Source of the DNA: an uncultured Bacilli bacterium
Lineage (GTDB): Bacteria; Bacillota_I; Bacilli_A; RF39; UBA660
Direction: 5' to 3'
NCBI GenBank assembly: GCA_944359095.1
Contig: CALVSS010000003.1
Span: 1-35,559, forward strand
Length of the DNA stretch: 35,559 bases
Part shown: positions 16,996 to 27,303 of the stretch, in pieces
How positions within the stretch are numbered: the first letter of the stretch is position 1
How the letters are laid out: every line of letters starts with the position of its first letter
Position numbers and translations under genes: made by a program
The notes under the pieces: generated by a model
The model's input: only the letters and a program-made list of their open reading frames with translations
Told to the model about the DNA's origin: nothing
Databases searched by the model: none

Positions 16996-18342
16996 ATGAA
17001 AAAGAAATTTAGATCACGATATTTATTTATATTTCTTTTCTTTTTTACTGCTCAGTTTCTTTTCTTTAATATTCAAAGAGGGGATACTTATGTAAATTTT
17101 GGGTTTAGTTACGCTATTAGTAGAGGAGAAATTCCTTATTTAGACTTTAATTTAGTAATACCTCCGTTAGCTCCTTATTTATATTCTATATTTTTGTTAA
17201 TATCTAAATCTATTTTTGTCTTTTACTTAGAACAAGCTTTCTTACTTACAGTAATGTTTTCTTTCTTATTTCAATTATTTGGTAAGAAAGCATGGATTTA
17301 TTTTACTTTGTTATCTATATCTTATCCTATTTCTATGTCTTCAATTATTTTTCCAGGATATAATTTTTTATTACTATTTTTTCTAGTTATCCTTTTTTAT
17401 TTAGAAAAAGAGAAGAAGTCTGATTTATTTATAGGAATTTTATTAGGTTGTTGTTTTCTTACGAAACAGACTGTTGGTGGACTTTTACTTCTAGTATCTA
17501 TTTATTATTTATTTATTGATTACAGAAAGTTTTTAATTAGGATTCTTGGTTTTTTATTTTCTATTGCTTTTTTCTTATGTTTATTTTTAGTTCAAGGAAA
17601 TTTTTGGGAGTTTTTAAATTTATGCTTTTTTGGATTATTTGATTTTAAAAATAGTAATTTGGCTTTTGATTGGTTTTATGTCCTTCTATTTTTTGTCGCA
17701 TTTCTTATCTTGATTATTCGAATTATTAAAAAGCCAAAAGATATAAAGAACTATTATGTGTTACTTTTTTCTAGTTGTGTTTATCCTATTGTTGATTATT
17801 ATCATGTATCTTTATTTTTAGGAGCTTTTTTCTTACTTATCTTAGAAGATATTCATATTAAGAGGGATATTTCTATTTATTGCATTATTTTTTCATTGGC
17901 TTTAGGTATTATCTGGTTTGGTGTAGAAAAATTTAGTATTTCTAATATGCGTTTTATATCTTATCCTAATTTTCCATATACTATGGTTTCTGAAAGTTAT
18001 GATTACAGATTTCAAAAATTAGAAAATTATATTCAAAAGTTGGATGATCCTGTTATTTTCCTTTTAAGGAGCAGTGAAAACTATTTTTATAAGATTAAGA
18101 ATAATTTAGATATTACTTATTTTGACTTGCCTAATTATGGAAATTATGGGTATGATGGTATAGAAGAAATTATTGATAGAATAAAAAAAGAACGAGGTAG
18201 TTATTTTGTAGTTGATCGAAGTGCTTATCTAAGTAAAAGTACTACTCAGCAATATATTAAAGAAGTGTTTTCTTATATTGCAAAGAATAGTACCTTAGTC
18301 AAAAAAATTGATTATTATGAAATTTATCATTATGAAAAATAG
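16996..18342 (+). CDS. multi-pass membrane protein, putative GT-C fold glycosyltransferase (paralog 1)
   Basis: About 10-11 hydrophobic segments. First-loop motif GDTYVNFGFS..I.RGEIPYLDFN...PP, LTKQTVG, NLCFFGLFDF, soluble C-terminal domain with GNYGY.G. Confidence 0.65.
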   Translation: MKKKFRSRYLFIFLFFFTAQFLFFNIQRGDTYVNFGFSYAISRGEIPYLDFNLVIPPLAPYLYSIFLLISKSIFVFYLEQAFLLTVMFSFLFQLFGKKAWIYFTLLSISYPISMSSIIFPGYNFLLLFFLVILFYLEKEKKSDLFIGILLGCCFLTKQTVGGLLLLVSIYYLFIDYRKFLIRILGFLFSIAFFLCLFLVQGNFWEFLNLCFFGLFDFKNSNLAFDWFYVLLFFVAFLILIIRIIKKPKDIKNYYVLLFSSCVYPIVDYYHVSLFLGAFFLLILEDIHIKRDISIYCIIFSLALGIIWFGVEKFSISNMRFISYPNFPYTMVSESYDYRFQKLENYIQKLDDPVIFLLRSSENYFYKIKNNLDITYFDLPNYGNYGYDGIEEIIDRIKKERGSYFVVDRSAYLSKSTTQQYIKEVFSYIAKNSTLVKKIDYYEIYHYEK

Positions 18343-18352
18343 GAGGCTTTTT

Positions 18353-19675
18353 ATGAAAAAAGTAATAAAATTTATTTTTATCTTTCTTATTATATTGCTT
18401 TTTAATTTATTATGTTCACCTATTAATTTAGATGAAATATGGAATTTTGGTTTTGCTAATAATATTTATAGAGGAGAAATACCATACTTAGATTTTAATA
18501 TGGTATTAACTCCTTTTTATCCTTGGATGATGTCTTTATTTTTTCGTTTCTTTGGTAACAGTATGCTAGTTTTTCATGTTATCAATGCAGTTTTGTTGAC
18601 TGGTTGTTTTTATTTATTAGATAAAATGTTTCAAGATAAGATGTGGCTTTTTTTCGTCTTCTTATTTTTTCCAACTAATATTGCTTTTCCTAATTACAAT
18701 ACCTTTTTGTTTATATTATTAGTTCTTATTATATATTTAGAAAAAGAAATTGTTCCTAAAAATAATAAATATATTCATTATGTTATAGGCTTTCTTTTAG
18801 GAATTTCTATTTTAACGAAACAAACAGTGGGCTTCTTTTTATTATTTCCAAGTCTTTATTATTGGAAAGATAAAAAATATTTGTTAGAACGATTTATAGG
18901 TGTTTTTATACCTGTTATTTGTTTTCTCTTCTTCTTATTTTTTACCAAGTCTTTTCCTTCTTTTATTAATTTGTGCTTTTTAGGATTATTTGATTTTTCT
19001 CAGAATAGTAAGTCTATTGGTTTTTTAGGAATTCTTTATGTTCTGCTTATTATATTTACTATTTTTTATATTAAACGGCATCTTAAAGATATTATGAATT
19101 ACTATGTTTTATCTTTTTTTATTATTGCTATTCCTATTATTGATTATAGTCATTTTATTTTAGCTTTTTTAGCTTTTCTATTTATTGTGTGCTCTAATAT
19201 TCATAAAAAGTATTTTCATTATGGTATATTTAGTATTGTAGTAGTATTGGTTTTAGGTATTTTAAATTGCTCTTTTAATGGCTTTGATATTCATTTTTAT
19301 CCTAATGATATTAATCATTTTGAATATCGGTTTATTAATAGAAATAATTATAGATTTACTAAAAAAGTTTTAAAATATATGGAAAAATATAAAGATAAAA
19401 AATTTATTTTTTTGAATCCTGATGCTTATTATTTTCGTATTATTTTAGATCAAGATTGTAGTTACTTAGATTTAATAAATACAGGTAATTTGGGTTATCA
19501 GGGTAGTAAATATCTTTTATCTCAAATAAAGAATAATTCTAAAGCTATATATTTTGTTAATATGAGAGAACATGATTCTGGTAGTCAAACGGATCAAAAT
19601 GCAATTGAATATGTTTTAGAACATGGAAAAAAAATAGATACTATTTGGTTTTATGATATTTATGTATTAGAGTAG
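18353..19675 (+). CDS. multi-pass membrane protein, putative GT-C fold glycosyltransferase (paralog 2)
   Basis: LDEIWNFGFA..I.RGEIPYLDFN..LTP, LTKQTVG, NLCFLGLFDF, GNLGY.G. AGGAGG RBS supports ATG 18353. Confidence 0.65.
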   Translation: MKKVIKFIFIFLIILLFNLLCSPINLDEIWNFGFANNIYRGEIPYLDFNMVLTPFYPWMMSLFFRFFGNSMLVFHVINAVLLTGCFYLLDKMFQDKMWLFFVFLFFPTNIAFPNYNTFLFILLVLIIYLEKEIVPKNNKYIHYVIGFLLGISILTKQTVGFFLLFPSLYYWKDKKYLLERFIGVFIPVICFLFFLFFTKSFPSFINLCFLGLFDFSQNSKSIGFLGILYVLLIIFTIFYIKRHLKDIMNYYVLSFFIIAIPIIDYSHFILAFLAFLFIVCSNIHKKYFHYGIFSIVVVLVLGILNCSFNGFDIHFYPNDINHFEYRFINRNNYRFTKKVLKYMEKYKDKKFIFLNPDAYYFRIILDQDCSYLDLINTGNLGYQGSKYLLSQIKNNSKAIYFVNMREHDSGSQTDQNAIEYVLEHGKKIDTIWFYDIYVLE

Positions 19676-19684
19676 GAGTAGGGT

Positions 19685-21022
19685 ATGAAAAAAATATTTT
19701 TTATCATTTTTTTCTTTTTGTTGATGTTAGCTATTACATTATTTTCAGGTATTTCTTGTAGTTATGGAGATTCTATTAATAATTATATGTTTAGTCATGC
19801 TATCATTATGGGAGAAATACCATATTTAGATTTTAATATGATTTCTACACCTTTTTATCCTTTTTTAATGTCTTTAGGATTATTTTTGTGGGATAATCAT
19901 TTGATGTTTATGATAGAGCAAAGCATTTTACTTACTGTTTTTTTCTATCTTTTATATAAAATCTATGGAAAGAAATGTTCTATTAGTTTATTAGTTGGTT
20001 GTTTATTTATCTTTTTTGCTTTTAATGCTACTTATAATTTTGGAGTTTTGTTTTGTATTGTTTTACTTTTATATTTAGAAGAAAAACATAAAGATAAGGA
20101 TTATTTGATTGGATTTGTGATAGGTATTAGTATATTATGTAAACAAACTGTTGGGCTTTTCTTGTTTTTACCTTCTCTTATCTTTTACTGGAAAGATAAG
20201 AAAAAATTATGGAAACGTTTGGTGGGGATGATAATTCCTTGTTTTCTCTTTTTCATTTATCTATTTATTCATAAAGCAATTTATCCGTTTATTAATTTAT
20301 GCTTTTTGGGACTTTTTGATTTTTCATCTAAAAATACTTCTTCTTTATCTTGGTATGTTGTTGTTGGTATTATTATGTTTGTAATTCAAATGTTAATTAC
20401 TATAAAAAGAAGAAAAGATATAAAAAATTATTATTTATTATTTACTTTTATTTTAATCATTCCTATTTTTGATTTTCCACATTTTGCAATTTACATCTTT
20501 TGCTTCGTTTTACAATTATTGCCTTTATTAACAGTATATGAAGATTATTTTGGCAGGTTAGCTTTCGTTTTGACTATTGTTGTTTGTACTTTATTATTTT
20601 CTGTTTTTGGTTATTTAGTTCAACCGGTTCTTGCTACTAAGATAGATAAGTTTCAATATTCTATTTTTTCTTCTAATGACTATCAGAAAATGCTTTCTAA
20701 TTTTCAGTTTTTTGATAAATATAATCATCCTTTAATTTTGTCTTATGGGGTAACACAAGGATTAGTACAGTATGATATTAGTAGAGATAATCCTATTACT
20801 TATTTTGATATTTTAATGTATGGTAATTATGGATATCGTGGAAGCTATAAGATGATAGAAAAAATTAAAAAGATAAAAGATACTTATATTATTGTTAATA
20901 TGGCTTCTTATAGAGATAAGTCTTCTAATAATCAATTTGATAAGACTGTTGTTGATTATGTTAGAAATAATTATCAAAAAATTAGTGAATGGAGATATTT
21001 TGAGGTTTATTGTAAGAATTAA
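19685..21022 (+). CDS. multi-pass membrane protein, putative GT-C fold glycosyltransferase (paralog 3)
   Basis: GDSINNYMFS..I..GEIPYLDFN..STP, LCKQTVG, NLCFLGLFDF, GNYGY.G. Confidence 0.65.
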   Translation: MKKIFFIIFFFLLMLAITLFSGISCSYGDSINNYMFSHAIIMGEIPYLDFNMISTPFYPFLMSLGLFLWDNHLMFMIEQSILLTVFFYLLYKIYGKKCSISLLVGCLFIFFAFNATYNFGVLFCIVLLLYLEEKHKDKDYLIGFVIGISILCKQTVGLFLFLPSLIFYWKDKKKLWKRLVGMIIPCFLFFIYLFIHKAIYPFINLCFLGLFDFSSKNTSSLSWYVVVGIIMFVIQMLITIKRRKDIKNYYLLFTFILIIPIFDFPHFAIYIFCFVLQLLPLLTVYEDYFGRLAFVLTIVVCTLLFSVFGYLVQPVLATKIDKFQYSIFSSNDYQKMLSNFQFFDKYNHPLILSYGVTQGLVQYDISRDNPITYFDILMYGNYGYRGSYKMIEKIKKIKDTYIIVNMASYRDKSSNNQFDKTVVDYVRNNYQKISEWRYFEVYCKN

Positions 21023-21036
21023 ATCGATGAAAATAC

Positions 21037-21065
21037 TTGGCGATTTTTTTCTTTTATAGTATAAT
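21037..21065 (+). promoter_or_regulatory. putative sigma-A promoter for ftsA-ftsZ
   Basis: TTGGCG (21037-21042), 17 nt, TATAAT (21060-21065), then AGGAG RBS. Confidence 0.5.
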
Positions 21066-21090
21066 TAATTTTAGGATAGGAGATGCTTTC

Positions 21091-22320
21091 ATGAGTCAGA
21101 TTTATACAGGAATAGAATTAGGTACTGATAGTATTAAGATTGTTGTATTAGAAAAGCTTCGTGATAAGTTTCATGTTTTAGCATCTGTTCATAGTCCTTC
21201 TGATGGTGTTGTGAAGGGACAAGTTGTTGATATAAAAAAATGTGTTTCTAGTGTTAGAGTTGCTTTAAAAAAGATAAATGATATGTTAGGCATTAAAGTG
21301 ATTAAAGTTATTGCTGTTGTTCCACCAGCAGGGTGTATGTTAGATATTGCTGTTGGTTCTATTGAAGTAGATGATGTTGTTGATGGTAGTGATATTTCAT
21401 CTGTTTTAAAAGATGCGTTAGTTGGTAGAATAGGTGAAAATGAAGAATTGGTTACAGTTGTTCCTATTAGTTTTTCGGTAGATGAAAATGAAAATATTCG
21501 AGATCCTAAAGGAATGAGAGGAAGTGTTTTAGGGGTAAAAGCAGTAACGGCTACTTTACCTAAAGAGCCTTTATATCGAATTTTAGAAGTATTAAAATTA
21601 AGTGGATTAGAAACGATTGATGTTTGCTTTACTTCTACTGGTGATTATTATGCTGTACGAAATAGTAAATTACAAAGAGAAGTAGGAGCAATTATTGATA
21701 TTGGGGAAGAGGTTACTAATGTTTCTATATTTAATAAAGGAATACAAATAAAAAATGATGTAGTTCCTATTGGAAGTCATCATGTAGATCGTGATATTAC
21801 GTATATTTTTAAGATTAAAGAAGCAGATTCTAGAAGATTAAAAGAACAGTTTGCTGTTAGTATGCAAGCGTATGCAGATAGTAATGATACTGTTACGGTA
21901 GAGGTTGGAAATGATAAAAAAGAAATTTCTCAAGTGGGTATTTCTAAGGTTGTAGAAGCTAGAGCTGAGGAAATTTTAAATTTAGCTAAAAAAGAGATAA
22001 AAAACTTAACAAATAGAGAAATACGTTATATAATAGTTACAGGTGGCCTTAGTGAGCTAGCAGGATTTCAGTATTTAGTGGAATCTATTTTTGGTATTCA
22101 AGCTAAGGTATGTAATATTAGTACAATGGGTCTGAGACATAATCGATATAGTAGTGTACTTGGAGCAGTACAATATTTTGATGATAAAATGTCTTTAAGA
22201 GGCAAAGAAGTCAGTATGATATCAGAAAGTGATGTTCAATCCTTGATGTTGCCTGATGATAAGACAGTGAATAATGATAATATAATAAGTAAAGTGTTTG
22301 GACATTTTTTTGATAACTAA
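21091..22320 (+). CDS. ftsA: cell division protein FtsA
   Basis: [22 protein letters not shown]...T, VTGGLS actin-fold motifs. Directly upstream of ftsZ. Confidence 0.92.
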   Translation: MSQIYTGIELGTDSIKIVVLEKLRDKFHVLASVHSPSDGVVKGQVVDIKKCVSSVRVALKKINDMLGIKVIKVIAVVPPAGCMLDIAVGSIEVDDVVDGSDISSVLKDALVGRIGENEELVTVVPISFSVDENENIRDPKGMRGSVLGVKAVTATLPKEPLYRILEVLKLSGLETIDVCFTSTGDYYAVRNSKLQREVGAIIDIGEEVTNVSIFNKGIQIKNDVVPIGSHHVDRDITYIFKIKEADSRRLKEQFAVSMQAYADSNDTVTVEVGNDKKEISQVGISKVVEARAEEILNLAKKEIKNLTNREIRYIIVTGGLSELAGFQYLVESIFGIQAKVCNISTMGLRHNRYSSVLGAVQYFDDKMSLRGKEVSMISESDVQSLMLPDDKTVNNDNIISKVFGHFFDN

Positions 22321-22334
22321 GGAGGACTAGGTGT

Positions 22335-23447
22335 ATGATAGGTGGATTAGAATTAGATCAATTAGCCAAAATTAAAGTTATTGGTTTAGGTGGTGGCGGT
22401 GGAAACGCTGTCAATAGAATGGTTGAGTCAGGGGTAAAAGGGGTAGAATTTATTGCTGCTAATACAGATTTACAAGTATTAAATTCTTCTAAAGCTGATG
22501 TTAAAATTCAAATAGGGGCATCTTTAACAGATGGACTTGGTGCTGGTGCTAAACCTGAAGTTGGTAAAGAAGCCGCTTTAGAATCTAAAAAAGAAATTGA
22601 AGATGCTTTAGCAGGGGCAGATATGGTATTTGTTACTTGTGGAATGGGAGGAGGTACTGGTACTGGTGCTGCTCCTATTGTTGCAGAGATTGCTCAAGGT
22701 TTAGGAGCTTTGACTGTTGCTATTGTTACTAAACCATTCTCTTTTGAAGGAAAGAGAAGAATGGATAATGCATTAAAAGGTATTGAAGAGTTAAAGAAAC
22801 ATGTTGATACTTTAATAGTTATTCCAAATGATAGATTAAGAGAAATTATTGATAAGACTACACCAATGCTTGAAGCATTTAAAGAAGTTGATAATGTACT
22901 TCGTCGTGGTGTTCAATCTATTTCTGATTTGATTGCTGTTGTTGGACTTGTTAACTTGGACTTTGCTGATGTTAAAGCAGTAATGGAAAAGAGTGGACAT
23001 GCCATTATTGGAATTGGTATTGGTATGGGTGAAGATAGAGCAATTGAAGCTGCTAAACAAGCTGTTTCTTCTCCACTTCTTGAAACTCCAATTACAGGTG
23101 CAACAGATGCTATTATCAATATTACCGGTGGTGTTAATTTAACATTATTTGAAGCTGAACAAGCTGCTGAAGTTGTTCGTAATGCTGCTAATACAGATAT
23201 TAATACTATCTTTGGTTCTGTTATTAATGAAAATTTATCTGATGAAGTTATTGTAACTGTCATTGCTACGGGATTCGATAAAAAGAATCAACAACCAGAA
23301 GTAAAAGAACCAGTATTTAGTAATGCTGCTCCTACTAGAAGAAGTGTTGCTAATGATTCCGCTCCTGAGATGTTAGATTCTAATGATACTAGAGTAGATG
23401 ATGGAGATTTTGATTTACCTCCATTCTTAAGAGATAGAAATTATTAA
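22335..23447 (+). CDS. ftsZ: cell division protein FtsZ
   Basis: [32 protein letters not shown]-terminal DLPPFLR peptide. Confidence 0.99.
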   Translation: MIGGLELDQLAKIKVIGLGGGGGNAVNRMVESGVKGVEFIAANTDLQVLNSSKADVKIQIGASLTDGLGAGAKPEVGKEAALESKKEIEDALAGADMVFVTCGMGGGTGTGAAPIVAEIAQGLGALTVAIVTKPFSFEGKRRMDNALKGIEELKKHVDTLIVIPNDRLREIIDKTTPMLEAFKEVDNVLRRGVQSISDLIAVVGLVNLDFADVKAVMEKSGHAIIGIGIGMGEDRAIEAAKQAVSSPLLETPITGATDAIINITGGVNLTLFEAEQAAEVVRNAANTDINTIFGSVINENLSDEVIVTVIATGFDKKNQQPEVKEPVFSNAAPTRRSVANDSAPEMLDSNDTRVDDGDFDLPPFLRDRNY

Positions 23448-23472
23448 GATAACAATTTGTTATCTTTTTTTT
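23446..23472. terminator. terminator between convergent ftsZ and arginase
   Basis: AAGATAACAA-t-TTGTTATCTT palindrome plus T-run. Confidence 0.65.
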
Positions 23473-23508
23473 GTAAAAAAATAAGTTATTTCTTTTTAGA
23501 AATAACTT

Positions 23509-24411
23509 TTAATATTTTTTGGCAGGTAATTTGTTTTTATTTTCTACTGCTTTTATCATTTGAGCTAGTAGGTTAATAGCAATTTGTTCTGTTTTTCTAT
23601 CTTCATCTCTTAGTGGGTTAAATTCTACTAAGTCATAAGATACTACTTGATCTAGATGTTTCATAATAAATTCATTGATTTGCATTGCTTCTTGTTCATT
23701 AATTCCATCAAATTCTGGAATAGAAACACCTGGAGCTACTTCGGGATCAATCAAATCTAAGTCATAACTAATATGAATACCTTTGGTTCTATCTCCGGCA
23801 ATTTTGAAGGCTTCTTCTAGAACTTTTTCTACACCTTTTTCTTTGATATCTTCTGTTGTAAATACGGTAATACCGGAATATTTAATATTGTCCTTTTCCC
23901 AATCATCAATACTTCTTGCGCCTACAACGACGGCTTTTGATGGTTGAATAATGTTTCCATCATGGAAATATCTTAATTCTTGATTTTTATAACCAGTGAT
24001 GGCTGCTAAAGGCAAACCGTGAATATTTCCGCTTACTGTTGTATCAAAGGTATTATAATCTGTGTGAGCATCTAGCCATATGATACCTATATTGTCATGT
24101 ACCTTAGCACTTGCTAGAGCACTTGCAACGGCAACAGAATGATCTCCACCAATTGTAATAGGGAAGTATCCGTCTTTTACTTTTTCTAAAATTGCTTGAT
24201 ATAACTTGGTATTAAATTTATCTATTTCATATTCGTTTTTTCTTCGGTCAGATAAATTTCTACTTTTAATAATATTTTCATCTTGAACTAAAGAAAAACT
24301 TTCTCCTTGATAAAATCCTTTTAAGTCATTCATTAATTGAATTGGTCCTAGATGAGCACCATCAATATGAACACCTAAATCGCTTCCTGCACCGAATATA
24401 CATGTTTTCAT
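23509..24411 (-). CDS. rocF: arginase (ureohydrolase family)
   Basis: GGDHS, DAHTD, SGNIHG (arginase-type), SYDLDLIDP and VEFNP metal/substrate motifs. GAGGGTG RBS supports ATG 24411. Confidence 0.85.
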   Translation of the reverse strand: MKTCIFGAGSDLGVHIDGAHLGPIQLMNDLKGFYQGESFSLVQDENIIKSRNLSDRRKNEYEIDKFNTKLYQAILEKVKDGYFPITIGGDHSVAVASALASAKVHDNIGIIWLDAHTDYNTFDTTVSGNIHGLPLAAITGYKNQELRYFHDGNIIQPSKAVVVGARSIDDWEKDNIKYSGITVFTTEDIKEKGVEKVLEEAFKIAGDRTKGIHISYDLDLIDPEVAPGVSIPEFDGINEQEAMQINEFIMKHLDQVVSYDLVEFNPLRDEDRKTEQIAINLLAQMIKAVENKNKLPAKKY

Positions 24412-24511
24412 AAATTTCACCCTCTTACATTTTAAAATAAATATACTGATATATCAAGAAAAAATCTTTTTTTTTACATCTGTTTACTGTATAATTGTTT
24501 TGGGTGATGTT

Positions 24512-25960
24512 ATGAAAAAACTTAGTGAGTTATTTCCTAATGTACATGATGATACATTAATTAAAGCTATTAAGATTAATTCTAAAGAATGTGAAAAAGG
24601 GGATTTGTTTGTATGCACTAAAGGAGTTACTTGTGATCGTCATGATTTTATTGATGATGCTATTGCTCATGGGGCTAGTGCTATCGTTGTAAGTAAAGAA
24701 GTTCCTCAGGTTTCTGTTCCTGTTGTTAGGGTAGAGGATACAAATCATGAACTTCCATATTTATGTCAAAGATTTTATGATTATCCTGATCATAAATTAA
24801 AAGTGTTGGCTGTTACTGGTACTGATGGTAAAACGTCTACTGCTACTATTATGCAAACATTAATTGGTAATGATTTATGTGGCTATGTTGGTACCAATGG
24901 TAGAAGTTGTGCCAAGTTTACAGGGGACAATCCTAATACTACACCAGATGCTCATTTATTATATTCTTATTTTCAAGAGTTTTTAGATGCAGGCTGTAAA
25001 TATGTTTCTATGGAAGCTAGTAGTGAGGCTTTCTTCCGTGGTAGACTTCAAACATTTGCTTTTGATGTTAGTGTTTATACCAATGTTACTTCAGAACATT
25101 TAAATATTCATGGATCCTTTGAAAACTATTTATCATGTAAAATGCAATTATTTAAGCAAACAAAAAAAGACGGTGTTTGTGTATTAAATATGGATGATCC
25201 TTATTATGAAAGGGTAAAAGAAGCTTGTAATGGCCGAGTAGTTACTTATGGTAAAAATAAAGAAGCAACACTACAAATTGTTAGTTATCAAGTATTCCCA
25301 ACTCATACAATTATACATTTCCAATATCAGGGAAAAGATATTGAAATTGATAGTCCATTACTTGGAGACTTTAATGTTTATAATTTAGCAGCAGGTTTAT
25401 TAGCAGTTGTTTCTATTGGTATTCCTTTAAATGATGCCTTAAGTCGTATTAAAGATATTAAGATTAGTGGACGACTAGATTTATTAGATACGAAAACACC
25501 ATATTATGTTATGGTAGATTATGCTCATACTCCTAATGGAATTCAAAGCCTTCTTAATTTTGTTCATACCCTTGATATTAATCGTAGTATTGTTGTTATT
25601 GGACAAGCTGGGGAAAGAGATTATTTAAAGAGACCAAAAGTAGGAGAAGTTGTTGTTAAAAATGCTAGTTATGCAATCTTTACTTATGAAGATCCTAGAA
25701 GTGAAGATCCACTTGATATTTGTCATGATATTGTAAAAACAATTCAGGGAACTTATGATAATTATGAAATTGTTGTAGATCGTAGTGGAGCAATTCAAAA
25801 AGCTATTGATATGGCTCGTCCTAAAGATATTGTCTTAATTTTAGGAAAGGGAAATGAAACATATCAAAAATTAAAAACAGGAACAATTTATTTTAATGAT
25901 GAAGAAGAAGCTTATAAAGCTGTCTTACATCGTAAAGAAAGAGAAGGAGTTACTAATTAG
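24512..25960 (+). CDS. murE: UDP-MurNAc-L-Ala-D-Glu:diamino-acid ligase with non-canonical specificity motif
   Basis: D.HDFI..AI..GA, VTGTDGKTST, TTPD, MEASS, GDFNVYN, VDYAHTP, GQAGERD, EDPRSE, GKGNE. Confidence 0.93.
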   Translation: MKKLSELFPNVHDDTLIKAIKINSKECEKGDLFVCTKGVTCDRHDFIDDAIAHGASAIVVSKEVPQVSVPVVRVEDTNHELPYLCQRFYDYPDHKLKVLAVTGTDGKTSTATIMQTLIGNDLCGYVGTNGRSCAKFTGDNPNTTPDAHLLYSYFQEFLDAGCKYVSMEASSEAFFRGRLQTFAFDVSVYTNVTSEHLNIHGSFENYLSCKMQLFKQTKKDGVCVLNMDDPYYERVKEACNGRVVTYGKNKEATLQIVSYQVFPTHTIIHFQYQGKDIEIDSPLLGDFNVYNLAAGLLAVVSIGIPLNDALSRIKDIKISGRLDLLDTKTPYYVMVDYAHTPNGIQSLLNFVHTLDINRSIVVIGQAGERDYLKRPKVGEVVVKNASYAIFTYEDPRSEDPLDICHDIVKTIQGTYDNYEIVVDRSGAIQKAIDMARPKDIVLILGKGNETYQKLKTGTIYFNDEEEAYKAVLHRKEREGVTN

Positions 25961-25970
25961 TAACTCTTTT
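25944..25970 (+). terminator. intrinsic terminator at the murE end
   Basis: GAGTTACTA/TAGTAACTC inverted repeat plus TTTT. Confidence 0.6.
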
Positions 25971-26031
25971 ATTTACTTTTTTTTCTATCATTGATATACT
26001 AAATATAGTAGAGTAAAAGAGTGTTGATGGT

Positions 26032-27246
26032 ATGAAAAATATTTCTAAGAAAAAGATTATTCTTTTTTCATTGTTAGGTATCTTTATTATTTTGTTGTTT
26101 GCATTCTTTTGCTATTTTTATTTTAAAATTTATATTTATCATTTTCAGGTTTTACCTAATACTTATTATGAAGGTACTTTACTTTCTGATGTTGAGTTTT
26201 CTTCTTTGAATAAAAAAATAGAAAAGTTATCTACTAAAAAACTAAATCAAAAATTTAGTATTACTTGTAATGGAAAAGAGTATTCTTATCGTTATCTTGA
26301 TTTAGGTATACAAATAGATAATAAAAAAATTAGTAATAAAATTATAGAATATCAAAAATCTTTATCTTATTGGGAAATCTTTCAAATACTTTATAAAAAA
26401 TCTAAAAAAACATATTCTCCTATTTTTATATATGATAAAAATATTTTAACTAATTTTTTAAATGAATTAAAAAAACAAGTAGATGTTTTACGAGTAGATG
26501 GACATTTTGTTATGGGAGAAGATCGTAATTTACAATATATCTCTGGTGTTGATGGTTTTTCTCTTGATGTTTCAAAGTCTTTAGATGTTTTAGTTAATGA
26601 TGTTCCTAAAGAAAAGAGTGTTTCTCTTGTTGGAGATATTAATCCTTCTATTAATGTAGAAAAATATCAAAGTATAGATACCAAAATATCTTCTTTTATG
26701 ACAAATTTTGATCCTTATATTACTAGAGCTACTAATTTACGGGTTGCTTTGAATTATATTGATGGTGTGATTGTAGAACCAGGAGAAGTTTTTTCATTTT
26801 ATAAATATGCTGGTCCTTATAATAAAAAAGGATATGTCTTTTATTATGAATTTGTTGGTAATGGTGTTTGTCAGATAGCAACAACTATTTATAATACTGC
26901 CTTACTGGGTGGATTAGAAATAGTCAAAAGATATCCACACGGTAAAAAGTCTCCTTATGTTCCTGGTGGATTAGATGCTACTGTTGCTAGTTATTCTAGT
27001 GGATGGAATGTTGATTTTCAATTTAAAAATACATATTCTTATCCTATTTATATTTCTGCTTATGCTATTGGTGGAGAAGCACATGTTGACTTTTGGTCTA
27101 ATAAAAATGCAACAAATGGTAAAACGTATTCTACAGAGTCAGTTAAAATAGGAAATAGGGGATATACTACTTATTTACATACCTATTTAAATGGAGTAGA
27201 AATTGCCAAAAATAAGATTGCAACTACTTGGTATTTAGAAGAATAA
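26032..27246 (+). CDS. VanW-family protein with N-terminal TM and PG_binding_4-like region (YoaR-like)
   Basis: RATNLRVA, V.PGEVFSF, GNGVCQIATTIYN, Y.P.GLDATV, DFQFKN. Confidence 0.85.
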   Translation: MKNISKKKIILFSLLGIFIILLFAFFCYFYFKIYIYHFQVLPNTYYEGTLLSDVEFSSLNKKIEKLSTKKLNQKFSITCNGKEYSYRYLDLGIQIDNKKISNKIIEYQKSLSYWEIFQILYKKSKKTYSPIFIYDKNILTNFLNELKKQVDVLRVDGHFVMGEDRNLQYISGVDGFSLDVSKSLDVLVNDVPKEKSVSLVGDINPSINVEKYQSIDTKISSFMTNFDPYITRATNLRVALNYIDGVIVEPGEVFSFYKYAGPYNKKGYVFYYEFVGNGVCQIATTIYNTALLGGLEIVKRYPHGKKSPYVPGGLDATVASYSSGWNVDFQFKNTYSYPIYISAYAIGGEAHVDFWSNKNATNGKTYSTESVKIGNRGYTTYLHTYLNGVEIAKNKIATTWYLEE

Positions 27247-27248
27247 TG

Positions 27249-27276
27249 AAAAGCAAATAGATTTTATTTGCTTTTT
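27249..27276 (+). terminator. intrinsic terminator after the vanW-like gene
   Basis: AAAAGCAAATA-gattt-TATTTGCTTTT. Confidence 0.65.
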
Positions 27277-27303
27277 ATGTTATTATTTATGATAGGTGAT
27301 TAA

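Noticed and set aside
22836-23263. Minus-strand ORFs 22836..23060 and 22913..23263
   Set aside because: Antisense shadows of ftsZ.
24557-24748. 63-aa minus-strand ORF
   Set aside because: Antisense shadow of murE.
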